A stretch of 64,000 bases of DNA from Spirochaetia bacterium (lineage in GTDB: Bacteria; Spirochaetota; Spirochaetia; SZUA-6; Bin103): positions 832,001-896,000 of the forward strand of contig CBDAOI010000002.1 of the NCBI GenBank assembly GCA_965198005.1. The letters run 5' to 3'. Positions 32,290-42,067 of this stretch are shown piece after piece. The position numbers and the translations under genes were made by a program. Position 1 is the first letter of the stretch. Every line of letters starts with the position of its first letter. The notes under the pieces are model-generated. The model saw only the letters and a list, made by a program, of their open reading frames with translations. It was not told the DNA's origin and did not search any database.

Positions 32290-32853
32290 TCAGCCGGGAG
32301 GAGCGTCGTCCGACGCGTCGTCCGACGCGTCGGACGACGAAGGACGGGTGGCGACGTACCGGGAAACCTCGATTTCCAGCTTGAGGGTGACCTCGTCGGC
32401 CACGTCGTCGTGGATTCCGAGGGGAAAAAACAGGAGTTTCTGGCCGAGCGACAACGGTACGCTACGGTAGGTGGTTACGTAGCGCGCCGGCGCCTCGGGC
32501 GCCTCCGCCCACCAGACCTGACCCTGCGCCACCAGCGTCAAGTCGCCGCTCTCGCTCATGTAGGGGGTGAACACGGCCCGCACGTGGAGGTTGGTGCCGG
32601 TCACCTCCACGTCCACCGCGCGCCCCGGAATGGTGAGATCGGTCTGCTCGCTGTTCCAATCGGTATACGGCTCCGGCTGGTTCAATGAGAGGCCGACCTT
32701 GATCTCGAGCGCGTTGTCCAGCAGGTAGCTGATCGCATCCTCCAGCGGCGGCGGCTGGGAATACGCGGCCTGCGTGCCGATGCCGGCTCCGATCAGTGCG
32801 GTGGCCAGCATCCGGCGGAACCGCAACGCGGTGGCGGGTGTCGTCATCGTCAC
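32290..32853 (-). CDS. Exported hypothetical protein
   Basis: Signal peptide-like N-terminus, beta-rich body; overlaps the anti-sigma stop. Confidence 0.7.
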   Translation of the reverse strand: MTMTTPATALRFRRMLATALIGAGIGTQAAYSQPPPLEDAISYLLDNALEIKVGLSLNQPEPYTDWNSEQTDLTIPGRAVDVEVTGTNLHVRAVFTPYMSESGDLTLVAQGQVWWAEAPEAPARYVTTYRSVPLSLGQKLLFFPLGIHDDVADEVTLKLEIEVSRYVATRPSSSDASDDASDDAPPG

Positions 32854-33386
32854 CGGTCCGAACCCTGCAGCTCCTCTTCGAGGAGGATGGCGGGACTCCC
32901 GAACGGCAGAAGCTGCGACTCCGCGGGCAATTCGAATGCAATCGTCCGTTCATTCCGGACCGCGAGCGGTCCCAGGCCGGCGAACGTGGGCTCCAACTGC
33001 ACGACGCTGTAGTTGGAGGTCAAGGTGCCCAGCTCGCTGCGCCCGTCGCCGAGGCGGGCCCACAACGCGGCGCTGGTGGCGAGCAGCGCGATCGCCGCCA
33101 CCGCCGCCGCCGCCAGCGGCGCCGGAACCCGCACCACACCACTCCAGAATGAAGCCTGACGCACGACCGCCGCACGCACCAGCTCCAACCGCCGCCAGAT
33201 CAGTCCGTGCGCGGCATTGACGTCGGGCTCCCGGCTCTCCAGCAGGGTACGGCTCACCACCTGGTAGGCGCGCACGTCGGCCAGACAGCCGGGACAATCC
33301 CGTACGTGGGACTCGATCTGCTGCGCGTGGCGCGGCGCCAACTCGTTGTCGAGGAAGGCCGAGAGGTGCTGCTGCTCAGTACACAC
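32850..33386 (-). CDS. Anti-sigma factor (zf-HC2) with a TM helix
   Basis: C...LSAFLD.EL...H...C..C motif; follows the ECF sigma. Confidence 0.85.
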   Translation of the reverse strand: MCTEQQHLSAFLDNELAPRHAQQIESHVRDCPGCLADVRAYQVVSRTLLESREPDVNAAHGLIWRRLELVRAAVVRQASFWSGVVRVPAPLAAAAVAAIALLATSAALWARLGDGRSELGTLTSNYSVVQLEPTFAGLGPLAVRNERTIAFELPAESQLLPFGSPAILLEEELQGSDR

Positions 33387-33933
33387 GGTTGCCCCCCGCG
33401 ACGAGCAGTCGGGCGAGCCGCTGGCGGGCGCGATGGACCCGCACCTTCACGTTGCCCTCGCTGATGCCGAGGATCGAGCCGATCTGCCGATAGGTCAGGC
33501 CGGCATACTCTCGCAGAATGATAACCGTGCGCATGTTGTACGGCAGTATGCTCAATGCCTCCTGAACCGCGTCCCGGGTCGCCGCCGCAAGCACCTCGGT
33601 GTCGGCCGGCAACGCATAGGTCTCCATCTCCCATTGGAAACGCCCGACGGCACGGCGTTCCCGTTCGCGCCGCTTCTCATGATTCAGCGACAGGTTGCGG
33701 ATGACACGCAGCAGCCAGTACTTGGTATCGGCCAAGCTCGGCAACGGTGCGCTCCGCCGCAACAGTTGAACGAACGCTTCCTGTGTAAGATCTTCGGCTA
33801 TTCCGCGCTCCCCCACGATCCTGTATGCGACGCGGAATACCAGAGGGAATAACTCGCTATAGACGTGATCGAAATCAGGTGCTGAACCGTGGTGGTGATC
33901 CGTGTCCCGGAGCCGTTTGTTGTCCCGTCGCAT
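33376..33933 (-). CDS. ECF RNA polymerase sigma factor
   Basis: AEDLTQEAF, WLLRVIRN, LRE..GLTY.QI..ILG...GNVK.RVHRAR. Confidence 0.92.
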   Translation of the reverse strand: MRRDNKRLRDTDHHHGSAPDFDHVYSELFPLVFRVAYRIVGERGIAEDLTQEAFVQLLRRSAPLPSLADTKYWLLRVIRNLSLNHEKRRERERRAVGRFQWEMETYALPADTEVLAAATRDAVQEALSILPYNMRTVIILREYAGLTYRQIGSILGISEGNVKVRVHRARQRLARLLVAGGNRVY

Positions 33934-35421
33934 CTAAAAAACAACGCCGTCCGCAGTCAGGTTACAGCGCCCTCCTCCATCCGGGTTGACCCGGCGCCAC
34001 TCGGTGCCGGCCGCGGTATCGCGCACCTCGATGCCGCGCGCGGCCAGCGCGGCGCGGAGTTCGTCGGCGCGCTGGTAGTCGCGCCGCGCCCGTGCCTCCG
34101 ACCGCTCCTGCACCAGGGCGTGAACGTCGGGATCGGCGCGGCCGCCGGCAGCGGTGACCGCCAGTGCCGCGCCGATCAGGTCCAACCCGAGAATAGTGTC
34201 GATCATGGCGATCGCCTGCAAGACCTGCAACGGATCGCCATCGGGGTCCTTCGCCAGCCGCCACACGATGGCCAGCAAACGCGGCATCGCCAGATCGTCG
34301 GCGGCGTGCGCGAGCGCCGCCGCGGCAAGCTGATGGTCCGCCGTGGGCCCGGCGAGCGCGGAAGCATCCTCCACCTCGGCCCGGCGGAGCAGCTCGGCCA
34401 CCCGCTCGATCAGTCCCAGGCGGCTGGAACGGGCGCCGTCGAGGGCCTGCAGGGTGAAGTTCTGGTGCGCGCGGTAGTGCGCGCCCAGCACGAAGTAGCG
34501 AAAGTCCAGCGCGTCGTAGCCACGCTCGATGAGCCGTCCGATGGTGAACCAGTTCCCTCGCGACTTGGACATCTTGGTCCCGTTCACCATCAGGAACTCG
34601 CCGTGACACCAGTAGTTGACCCAGCGCTCCGGTGATTCGGGCCGGATCCCGAGGGCCGCCTCCGCCTGGGCGATCTCGTTGGTGTGATGCACCGGGATCA
34701 GGTCGATTCCGCCGCAGTGGATGTCGAACCGCTCGTCAAGGTAGCGCATCGCCATGGCACTGCACTCGATGTGCCATCCCGGGTAGCCGCGCCCCCAGGG
34801 CGAATCCCACAGCATCGCCTGTTGCTCGAACTTGGAGCGCGTGAACCAGAGGCCGAAGTCCTCCGGGTTGCGCTTGGACTGATCCACGCGGATGCGCGCG
34901 CCGGCCTGAAGCTGCTGGCGGCCGAGCAGTGCCAGATCCCCGTAGCGCGCAAACCGGGCCACGTCGAAGAACACGTTGCCGTTGGCGACGTAGGTGTAGC
35001 CGCGTTGCTCCAGACGCCGGATCAGGTCGATCATGCCGTCGACGTGGTCGGTGGCGTGGGCGACGACGTGCGGGTGCAGAAGATTCAGAGCACGGGCGTC
35101 GGCGAAGAACCGCTCGGTGTAGAACTCGGCGAGCTCCCACACGGTCTTGCCTTCCCGGCGCGCCCCCAGCAGCATCTTGTCGTCGCCCAGATCGGCGTCG
35201 CTGGCCAGATGCCCGACGTCGGTCACGTTCATCACGTGCCGCACGCGGTAACCCAGGGCCTCGAGCGTGCGCCGCAGGACATCGACGAAGACGTAGGTGC
35301 GGAAGTTGCCGACGGTCGCGTACTCGTACACCGTCGGGCCGCAGGCGTAGAGCCCGACCGCACCCGGCACGCGCGGGACGAACTCCTGGACGCTGCGCCC
35401 GAGCGTGTTGTAGAGCCGCAT
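33934..35421 (-). CDS. cysS: Cysteine--tRNA ligase
   Basis: LYNTL, CGPTVY, PGWHIECSAM, HH.NE, KMSKS. Confidence 0.96.
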   Translation of the reverse strand: MRLYNTLGRSVQEFVPRVPGAVGLYACGPTVYEYATVGNFRTYVFVDVLRRTLEALGYRVRHVMNVTDVGHLASDADLGDDKMLLGARREGKTVWELAEFYTERFFADARALNLLHPHVVAHATDHVDGMIDLIRRLEQRGYTYVANGNVFFDVARFARYGDLALLGRQQLQAGARIRVDQSKRNPEDFGLWFTRSKFEQQAMLWDSPWGRGYPGWHIECSAMAMRYLDERFDIHCGGIDLIPVHHTNEIAQAEAALGIRPESPERWVNYWCHGEFLMVNGTKMSKSRGNWFTIGRLIERGYDALDFRYFVLGAHYRAHQNFTLQALDGARSSRLGLIERVAELLRRAEVEDASALAGPTADHQLAAAALAHAADDLAMPRLLAIVWRLAKDPDGDPLQVLQAIAMIDTILGLDLIGAALAVTAAGGRADPDVHALVQERSEARARRDYQRADELRAALAARGIEVRDTAAGTEWRRVNPDGGGRCNLTADGVVF

Positions 35422-35466
35422 GCCCGCCACCCTACACCGTGACCCGGCGGCGATTCAACGAATCCG

Positions 35467-35520
35467 GAGTCGGGGAGTCGGGCGGGGAGTCGGGCGAGTC
35501 GGGCGGCAGTCGGGCAGTCG
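35467..35520 (+). repeat. Degenerate AGTCGGG minisatellite (6 units)
   Basis: AGTCGGG at 35468, 35476, 35488, 35497 and 35508; AGTCG at 35516. Confidence 0.9.
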
Positions 35521-35592
35521 TGCGCGGGAGACCTGCTGACTGGCGGCCGAACTATCGCTTGGGCGAACGTTTAGCGCGTTGAGCGAGGCCCG

Positions 35593-36975
35593 TCACAGCT
35601 CGACCGTGACGGTGACGGTCGCCTGCGGCGGCGGCGCAGGGCGGGAGTCCGCGGTGGACAGCGCGAGTTCCGCCAGGCGCAGGCGAAACCGGAAGCCGGG
35701 GCGGCGCGCAGCGGCCTCCAGCGCCGCGGTGATGTGCGCGCCGGCCGTGGTCACCGTGGCCTTCAGCGCCAGCGACGCCACCTTGACCTGCCCCACGAAC
35801 TGCAGTTCGCCGCGGCCGGTGACGTCGCGCCAGGTTGCGCCCAGGCCCAGGTGCGGCCCGTCCAGCTCGGCACGCAGGGTCAGCTCCGGTTGCGCCGGTT
35901 GCGCGCCGTCCAGCTCCAGCCGGGTGGCGGCGCGCAGCGACCACGGCCCCCACGGAACCTCCTGGGCGAGGCTGAGCACCGCGCTCCGCCGCGGCTCGGG
36001 GACGGGGGGCAACGGCGCCGCGGCCAACTCCTCTCCCCGTACCGACACCCCGTAGGTGGCGCGCCCCCAGGACGGTGCCGCCGTGCCGCGCAGGCGGGCG
36101 CCCCACACCAGCGGCGCGCTCGGCGATGTTCCCGCCAGGCCGAAAAAGCCGCGATGCGCCGCCGCCACCATCGCCGCCAGCTCGGCCGGCCCCAGTTCGG
36201 CGCGCGCGGCGACCCGGACGTGGGCGCCGTGCAGGTAGGCGCGGGCCGGGGAGGCGCCCCGCGGGGCGCCGGCGGAGAGGTTGCCGCTCACCCGCAACGA
36301 CACCGGGCCGGCGGCGCCGAGCGCCACCCGGGCGCCCGCCAGGTAGAGCGGGCCGCCGGGGAAGGGAACGGCCGCCAGCCGCCACGACTGCGCCACCGCG
36401 GGCGGCGCCGGCGACCGCAGCGCGGCGTACACCTCGCCGTCGGCCAGCGCCGGCGCGCTCCAGGCCGCAACCAATCCCGCCACCAGCGGAGACTGCGCGC
36501 GGCCGGGACCGCCGAGCTCATCGGCGAAAGCGGCCACGGCAACACCGGCAATCGGGGTGAGCTGCAGCCCCCGGCGCCGGCCGGGATCGAGCCCGGCATC
36601 GAGCCGCAGGCCGGTCGGTTCCGCAAACACGGCGCTGCCCGCGCTGAACCCGAGCGGGTCGCTCAGCTCACGCCAGGCACCCGCGACGGTAACCGGACCG
36701 ATGACGCCCCGTGGCGTGGTCAGCCCGACGGTTACCTCCGGCGGCTCGGGGGCGCCGTGGTCGCGGGTCCAGGCCGCGCGTGCCACCGCCCGGCCCCAGT
36801 CGCCGGCGACCAGCCAGCGTTTGGTGAGCGCCAAGCCCTGTCCATCGGCTTCGGCGCGGGTGGTCAGCTCCAGCTTGCCGTGCGGCGCTGCCTCGGCGTC
36901 GCCGGACGGCGGTGCCAGAGCCGTCATGATCAACAGTCCCACCACCGTCCAGCGCGCTCGCGATCGTTCCTGCAT
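35593..36975 (-). CDS. Exported hypothetical protein, possibly an outer-membrane beta-barrel
   Basis: Signal peptide, alternating amphipathic strands, terminal ATVTVTVEL; very GC-rich, so the frame call is less secure. Confidence 0.55.
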   Translation of the reverse strand: MQERSRARWTVVGLLIMTALAPPSGDAEAAPHGKLELTTRAEADGQGLALTKRWLVAGDWGRAVARAAWTRDHGAPEPPEVTVGLTTPRGVIGPVTVAGAWRELSDPLGFSAGSAVFAEPTGLRLDAGLDPGRRRGLQLTPIAGVAVAAFADELGGPGRAQSPLVAGLVAAWSAPALADGEVYAALRSPAPPAVAQSWRLAAVPFPGGPLYLAGARVALGAAGPVSLRVSGNLSAGAPRGASPARAYLHGAHVRVAARAELGPAELAAMVAAAHRGFFGLAGTSPSAPLVWGARLRGTAAPSWGRATYGVSVRGEELAAAPLPPVPEPRRSAVLSLAQEVPWGPWSLRAATRLELDGAQPAQPELTLRAELDGPHLGLGATWRDVTGRGELQFVGQVKVASLALKATVTTAGAHITAALEAAARRPGFRFRLRLAELALSTADSRPAPPPQATVTVTVEL

Positions 36976-37153
36976 ACCGCCCGTATTGCAAGATCGGTGC
37001 CAGGTGGTGCCGGCAATGCGCGCCCGCGCGCCGGTCTCCGGCCCCGGGCTTTACGTTGATTTACGATTTACGTTCCGATTCAGCCGACGAGGCCGGCGAG
37101 CCGGCGAGGTCGCCGGCAGCCGCCGGGCGCCGGTTCGTGGCACAATAGGCGGC

Positions 37154-37708
37154 ATGCACACCTTTCTCGACGGCCGCCTGGCGGTACGCCGCGGCGACCT
37201 CACCGACTTCGGCGGCGAGACGCCGAGCGCGATCGTGAATGCCGCGAACCGCTCGCTGCTGGGCGGGGGCGGGGTCGACGGCGCCATCCATCGGCGCGGC
37301 GGCCCGGCCATCCTGGAACAGTGCCGGGAGCTGCGCCGCACCCGCTTCCCCGACGGACTGCCTACCGGAGAGGCGGTGCTGACCACCGCCGGGCGGCTGC
37401 CCGTCGACCACGTGATCCACACGGTCGGACCGGTGTGGCAGGGCGGCGCGGCGGGCGAGCCGGAGTTGCTGCGCGCCGCGTACCGCAACAGCCTGCTGCT
37501 GGCCGCCGAGCACGGGCTGGCGGAGATCGCGTTTCCGGCAATCTCCACCGGGGTGTTCGGCTACCCGGCGGCTCCGGCGGCGCGCGCGGCGTACCAGGTG
37601 ATCGAACGGTTCTGCACCGAGCACGCCACGCCGCGCCGCGTACACCTGATCTTCTTCAGCGACGGGGACGTGCGCACCTTCCTGGAGGCCACCGCTCCGG
37701 ACGCATGA
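37154..37708 (+). CDS. Macro domain protein (O-acetyl-ADP-ribose deacetylase, YmdB-like)
   Basis: GDLT, IVNAAN.SLLGGGGVDGAIH, VIHTVGPVW, AFPAISTGVFGYP. Confidence 0.93.
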   Translation: MHTFLDGRLAVRRGDLTDFGGETPSAIVNAANRSLLGGGGVDGAIHRRGGPAILEQCRELRRTRFPDGLPTGEAVLTTAGRLPVDHVIHTVGPVWQGGAAGEPELLRAAYRNSLLLAAEHGLAEIAFPAISTGVFGYPAAPAARAAYQVIERFCTEHATPRRVHLIFFSDGDVRTFLEATAPDA

Positions 37709-39207
37709 GTGCCGGCCTCACCTGGCGCGAGATCGACGCGGTATTGGAGGAGCTGGAACTCGGCGGCTGCTTCATCCGCGACCTCCGCCAACCGGTGCCC
37801 GAGCAGCTGGTGTTCGAGCTGTACGCGCCGCGCCGCGACCGGTTCTGGCTGCTCGTTTCATTCGCCGCGCGCCACACGCGCCTGCACCGTCTGGCGCACC
37901 GCCCCCGAGCACTGGGCGACAACCAGCGGTTCGTGGCGTTCATGCGCGCGCACGTGCGCGGCCGGCGGATCGGCGCCGCCGCCCAGGTGGGTGAGGAGCG
38001 CATCGTCAAGCTGGCGCTGGCCGGCGGGACCGCCGGAACCGGCGCTGCCGGCGCGGCGGGCGGCGGGCCGCCGGGCGCCACCGGGGCGCCGGTGATCTGG
38101 CTGCGGCTGTGGGGGAACGCCGCCAACTGCATCGTCACGCGGCCGGACGGCCGGATTCTCGACGCCCTGTACCGCCGGCCGCGCCGGGGCGAGATCAGCG
38201 GCGGCGACTATCACCCGGCGCGCGACCTGGAGCGGCTGCGGGCGAACCGGCTGGACCGTGCGGGCGGCCCCGCGAACGACGCGGAACTGCGGCCGTTCGG
38301 CGATCCCGCCACGCCGTACAACCTGCGGGTGGAACACCACTACGCAGAGCGAGAAGCGGCGGAGCGCGCGGCCGCGGCGGCCCGTACGGCGGCTCGGCAG
38401 CGGGCCGCCGCGGAGCAGCGATTGCGGCGCCTGACGCACCGCCTGGAGCGCGAGCTGGCGGCCACTACCGACCACGAACGGCTGCGGCAGTTGGGCAATC
38501 TGCTGCTGGCCAACCTGACGCTGGTCGAGCCCGGGGCGCGCCGGGTGCGGGTCGACGACTACTATACCGGCGGCACGACCGACCTGGAGCTGACCCCCAC
38601 CCTGACCCCGGCCGCCAACGCCGAGGCGTACTTCGCCCGCGCCCGCCGGGCCGAGCGCCGGCATGCGGCCGCGGCCGAACGGCTGGGCCGGGCGCGCGCG
38701 GAGCTGGCCCAGGTCGAAGCCGGCGACTCCACCGCGCCGGCGCCGGTGGCGCCACCCCGGCCCGTGACCGGCGGCGGAGCGCTGGCCGTGACCAGCGCCG
38801 CCTGCACCCTGGTGGTGGGCCGAAGCGCGCGCGAGAACGACGATCTGCTGCGCCGGGCGCGCGGCAACGACTGGTGGCTGCATTGCCGCGACTATCCGGG
38901 GGCGCACGTGTTCGTGCGCGCTCCGGCCACCAAGTCGGTGCCACTGGAGACCCTGCTCGACGCCGGCAACCTCGCCGTGTTCTACAGCAAGGCGCGCACG
39001 GCCGGGCGCGCCGACGTGTACTACACCCAGGTGAAGCACCTGCGGCGGCCGCGCACCCGCGGCCGGGGCACCGCCGCCGCCGGCCGCGGGCGGGTCATAC
39101 CCACGCACGCGCGCAATCTGTTCATCACGCTTGACCAGACGCGGATCGATCGCCTGCTGCGCGCGCGCGGCGCGCCCGGATCGACCGCCGCGTCCGGAAC
39201 ACGGTAG
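37705..39207 (+). CDS. NFACT family protein (RqcH/FbpA-like)
   Basis: ERIVKL, LWGNAAN, NA..YF, VGRSAREND, WLH.RDYPGAHV, YTQVKHL. Confidence 0.85.
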   Translation: MSAGLTWREIDAVLEELELGGCFIRDLRQPVPEQLVFELYAPRRDRFWLLVSFAARHTRLHRLAHRPRALGDNQRFVAFMRAHVRGRRIGAAAQVGEERIVKLALAGGTAGTGAAGAAGGGPPGATGAPVIWLRLWGNAANCIVTRPDGRILDALYRRPRRGEISGGDYHPARDLERLRANRLDRAGGPANDAELRPFGDPATPYNLRVEHHYAEREAAERAAAAARTAARQRAAAEQRLRRLTHRLERELAATTDHERLRQLGNLLLANLTLVEPGARRVRVDDYYTGGTTDLELTPTLTPAANAEAYFARARRAERRHAAAAERLGRARAELAQVEAGDSTAPAPVAPPRPVTGGGALAVTSAACTLVVGRSARENDDLLRRARGNDWWLHCRDYPGAHVFVRAPATKSVPLETLLDAGNLAVFYSKARTAGRADVYYTQVKHLRRPRTRGRGTAAAGRGRVIPTHARNLFITLDQTRIDRLLRARGAPGSTAASGTR

Positions 39208-39218
39208 GGTGCACGCGG

Positions 39219-40616
39219 ATGGAGACTCCCCCGGTCAGCCTGCCGACCCCGGTGCCGATCACGGTGGGTGCGCAGCGGCTGCTGGCGTTTCCTGTCTCCG
39301 ACCGGTTCAGCTCGCTGGCCAGGCACGGGGCGCTGCAGGCGGCCCCCGGCTGGATCGTGCGCGGCGCGCAGGTCCACCCGTGGCGGTTCAGCGGCTACCG
39401 CCGGCACGCCGGGCAGCTCATGCTGGTGGGACCGCACCACGCGGGCGAGTCGCTGGCGGACGTGCTGCAGCGGAGCCCGGCGGAAGCGGTGAGCGCCCTG
39501 GCGCGGGTCGCGGCCGCCCTGACGCGGCTGACGGACGAGGCCGGGTGCGACCAGCCGCTGCACCTCAACGGCGTGTACCTGCTGGACGACGGCGGCCTGC
39601 TGCTGGTCCCGCCGCGGGTGGTCAAACAGTTGACCGAGGTGCTGGCGCCGGATGCGGTACTGGAGGCGGCCGGACGCATCAACCACCCCGATCTGGCCGG
39701 AGAAGAACGTCTGACGGTGGCCCTGGCGATCCTCGGCTATCGCGCCGCAACCGGGCGCGCCCCCTACCCGGGCGCCTCGGAGGAGCAGCTCCACTACCAG
39801 ATGCGCCGGCTCGAGGTGGTGCCGGCGGCGGTGCGCGCTCCCGGTCTCGATGCGTATCTGGACCGGCTGATCAGGCGCAGCCTGGGACCGGAAGGGCAGC
39901 AGCCGCGACCGCGGCTGGGGGAATGGGCCGCGGTGCTGGAGCGCGTGCGCCGGGACGGCCTGTGGCAGCCGGTCGCCGCGGCCGAGCGGGCGGCGCGGCA
40001 GGCCGAGGCGCGCGCCCTCGAAACCAGGTTCGACCGCACCTTCCGCCGGCGTTTGTTCTTGCAGCGCAACTGGCGCACGATCGTCATCATGGCGGTGGCG
40101 GTCGCGGCCGGGGGCGGCGTGCTCGGCTCGGTAATCGCCAGGCAGCTCGAACCGCGCTCCACCCGCGGCTATACCCCGCGCCAGGTGGTGGAGACATTCT
40201 ACGCCAGCCTCGGCCGGCTGGATCATGCGACGACGGACGACACGGTGATCGACGGTGCGGGCGAGGGGCTGGTCCGGGAGGTGATCGGGCTGTTCGTGAT
40301 CGGCCGCGTGCAGGAGGGCTACGAGGGCCGGGCCGGCGTGGCCAGCGCGGCGGCGTGGGTGGCGGCCGGCCAGCCGGAATTGCCGGCGGGGGTGATGGTA
40401 TACGGCCCGTCGGACCTGGAGATTGTCGCCGAGCAGGGACCGCCGCAACCGGTGTTCCGCGCCTCCTATCTGATGTGGCGCCCGGACCCTGAACCGGGCG
40501 ACCGGGGGGAAGACCGGGAGGAAGGAGCGGCGCAGCGCGGGACCCCGATGAGCGAGCGCGTGTTCCTGCGGCAGGACCGGGGCGATTGGGTGATCTTCCG
40601 GTTCGAGGACTCTTGA
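39219..40616 (+). CDS. Membrane protein with a degenerate kinase-like cytoplasmic region
   Basis: One internal TM helix; LAILGYRAATGRAPYP resembles kinase subdomain IX; overlaps the murD start. Confidence 0.65.
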   Translation: METPPVSLPTPVPITVGAQRLLAFPVSDRFSSLARHGALQAAPGWIVRGAQVHPWRFSGYRRHAGQLMLVGPHHAGESLADVLQRSPAEAVSALARVAAALTRLTDEAGCDQPLHLNGVYLLDDGGLLLVPPRVVKQLTEVLAPDAVLEAAGRINHPDLAGEERLTVALAILGYRAATGRAPYPGASEEQLHYQMRRLEVVPAAVRAPGLDAYLDRLIRRSLGPEGQQPRPRLGEWAAVLERVRRDGLWQPVAAAERAARQAEARALETRFDRTFRRRLFLQRNWRTIVIMAVAVAAGGGVLGSVIARQLEPRSTRGYTPRQVVETFYASLGRLDHATTDDTVIDGAGEGLVREVIGLFVIGRVQEGYEGRAGVASAAAWVAAGQPELPAGVMVYGPSDLEIVAEQGPPQPVFRASYLMWRPDPEPGDRGEDREEGAAQRGTPMSERVFLRQDRGDWVIFRFEDS

Positions 40617-42049
40617 GCGCAGCCGACTCGATCGCCACCCGCGCCGACCTGCGCGGTCTGCGGGCCACGGTCATGGGACTCGGGGTGCATGGGGGCGGCC
40701 TGGCCACGGCGCAGTTCCTGGCGCGGCACGGTGCGCGCGTAACGGTGACCGACCTGCGGGCGGCGGCGGCGCTCGGTGCCTCGCCGGCGCAACTCGATCG
40801 CGCGGTCCGGCTGGTGCTGGGCCGGCACGAAACCGCGGACTTCACCGGCGCCGACTGCGTGGTGAAGAACCCGGGGGTGCCGGCCGACTCGCCGTTCCTG
40901 GCGGCGGCGCGCGGCGCCGGCGTCGCGCTCGAGACCGACGTCTCGCTGTTTCGCCGGCTGCATCCGCAGGTGCCGCTGCTGGTGGTGACCGGCAGCAAGG
41001 GCAAGTCCACCGCCGCCGCGGCGCTGCACCACGGGCTGCTGCACTGGCATCCGCAGGCGCGGCTGGGCGGCAACATCACCGTCTCGCCCCTGGCGTTCGC
41101 GGACGAGCTGGCGCCGCGCGCCCCGGTGGTGCTGGAGCTGTCCTCCTGGCAGCTCGGTGACCTGCCGGATCCGGCGGCGCTGCGGCCGCGGGTGGCGGTG
41201 CTGACCAACGTTCTTCCCGACCACCAGGACCGCTACCCGTCGTTGCGGGCCTACGCGCGCGACAAGCTGCACGTGTTTGCCGGCCAGAGCGCGGCCGACC
41301 GCGCCATCGTCGGACCCGGTGCCGCGCGCTGGCTCGAACGGCTGCCGGCCGCCCCAATGTGGCACGTCGCGTCCGGCGAGCTGCCGCCGGGCCGGGCCGG
41401 AGCGGTGGTGGACGGTGGCGGGCGGGTGTGGCTGCGGCCAACGTCCGCGGGCGGCGCCGGCCGCCTGCTGGTGGACGGCTGCCGGCTGCCGGGTCGGCAC
41501 AACCTGCTCAACCTGGCGGCCGCGGCCCTGGGCGTGGTGGCGCTGGTGGCGCCGGCGGAGGCGGACCCGATCGCCCCCACCTTCGCGGACTTCACCGGCC
41601 TGGAGCACCGCCTGGAGCCGGTGGCCGAGTGGCGCGGCATCCGCTTCGTCAACGACTCCGCCGCCACCATGCCGCACGCCACCGCCGCGGCGCTGGCCGC
41701 GCTGCCGCCGCCCGTCACCCTGATCGCCGGCGGCAACGACAAGCGGCTCGACTTCGCCGTGCTCAGCGCAAGCCGCGCGCCGGCGGCGGCGGTGCTGCTG
41801 GCCGGCACCGCCACCGGCAAGCTGCAGGCGGCGCTGGCCGCGGCCGGCGTGCGCGCGCACGGCCCGTTCGGCGAGCTCGAGGCGGCGGTGCGGGCCGCGG
41901 TGGCGCAGACCCCGCCCGGCGGCACCGTGCTGTTCTCCCCGGGGGCCACCTCGTTCGGCATGTTCGCCCACGAGTTCGACCGCGGACGCGCCTTCAAGCG
42001 GGTCGTGGCCGACCTCACGCAGGGCGCGCCGGCCGGTCGCGCGCCGTGA
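40613..42049 (+). CDS. murD: UDP-N-acetylmuramoyl-L-alanine--D-glutamate ligase
   Basis: GLG..G, VKNPGV, VTGSKGKST, GGNI, LELSSWQL, DH.DRY, HRLE, NDSAAT, SPGATSF. Confidence 0.93.
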   Translation: MSAADSIATRADLRGLRATVMGLGVHGGGLATAQFLARHGARVTVTDLRAAAALGASPAQLDRAVRLVLGRHETADFTGADCVVKNPGVPADSPFLAAARGAGVALETDVSLFRRLHPQVPLLVVTGSKGKSTAAAALHHGLLHWHPQARLGGNITVSPLAFADELAPRAPVVLELSSWQLGDLPDPAALRPRVAVLTNVLPDHQDRYPSLRAYARDKLHVFAGQSAADRAIVGPGAARWLERLPAAPMWHVASGELPPGRAGAVVDGGGRVWLRPTSAGGAGRLLVDGCRLPGRHNLLNLAAAALGVVALVAPAEADPIAPTFADFTGLEHRLEPVAEWRGIRFVNDSAATMPHATAAALAALPPPVTLIAGGNDKRLDFAVLSASRAPAAAVLLAGTATGKLQAALAAAGVRAHGPFGELEAAVRAAVAQTPPGGTVLFSPGATSFGMFAHEFDRGRAFKRVVADLTQGAPAGRAP

Positions 42050-42067
42050 ACGGGTGCCCGCCTGGAG

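Noticed and set aside
35467-35520. CRISPR array or T-box upstream of cysS
   Set aside because: Units are 7-12 bp with no spacers and there is no T-box consensus; no CRISPR array or cas gene is seen anywhere in the window
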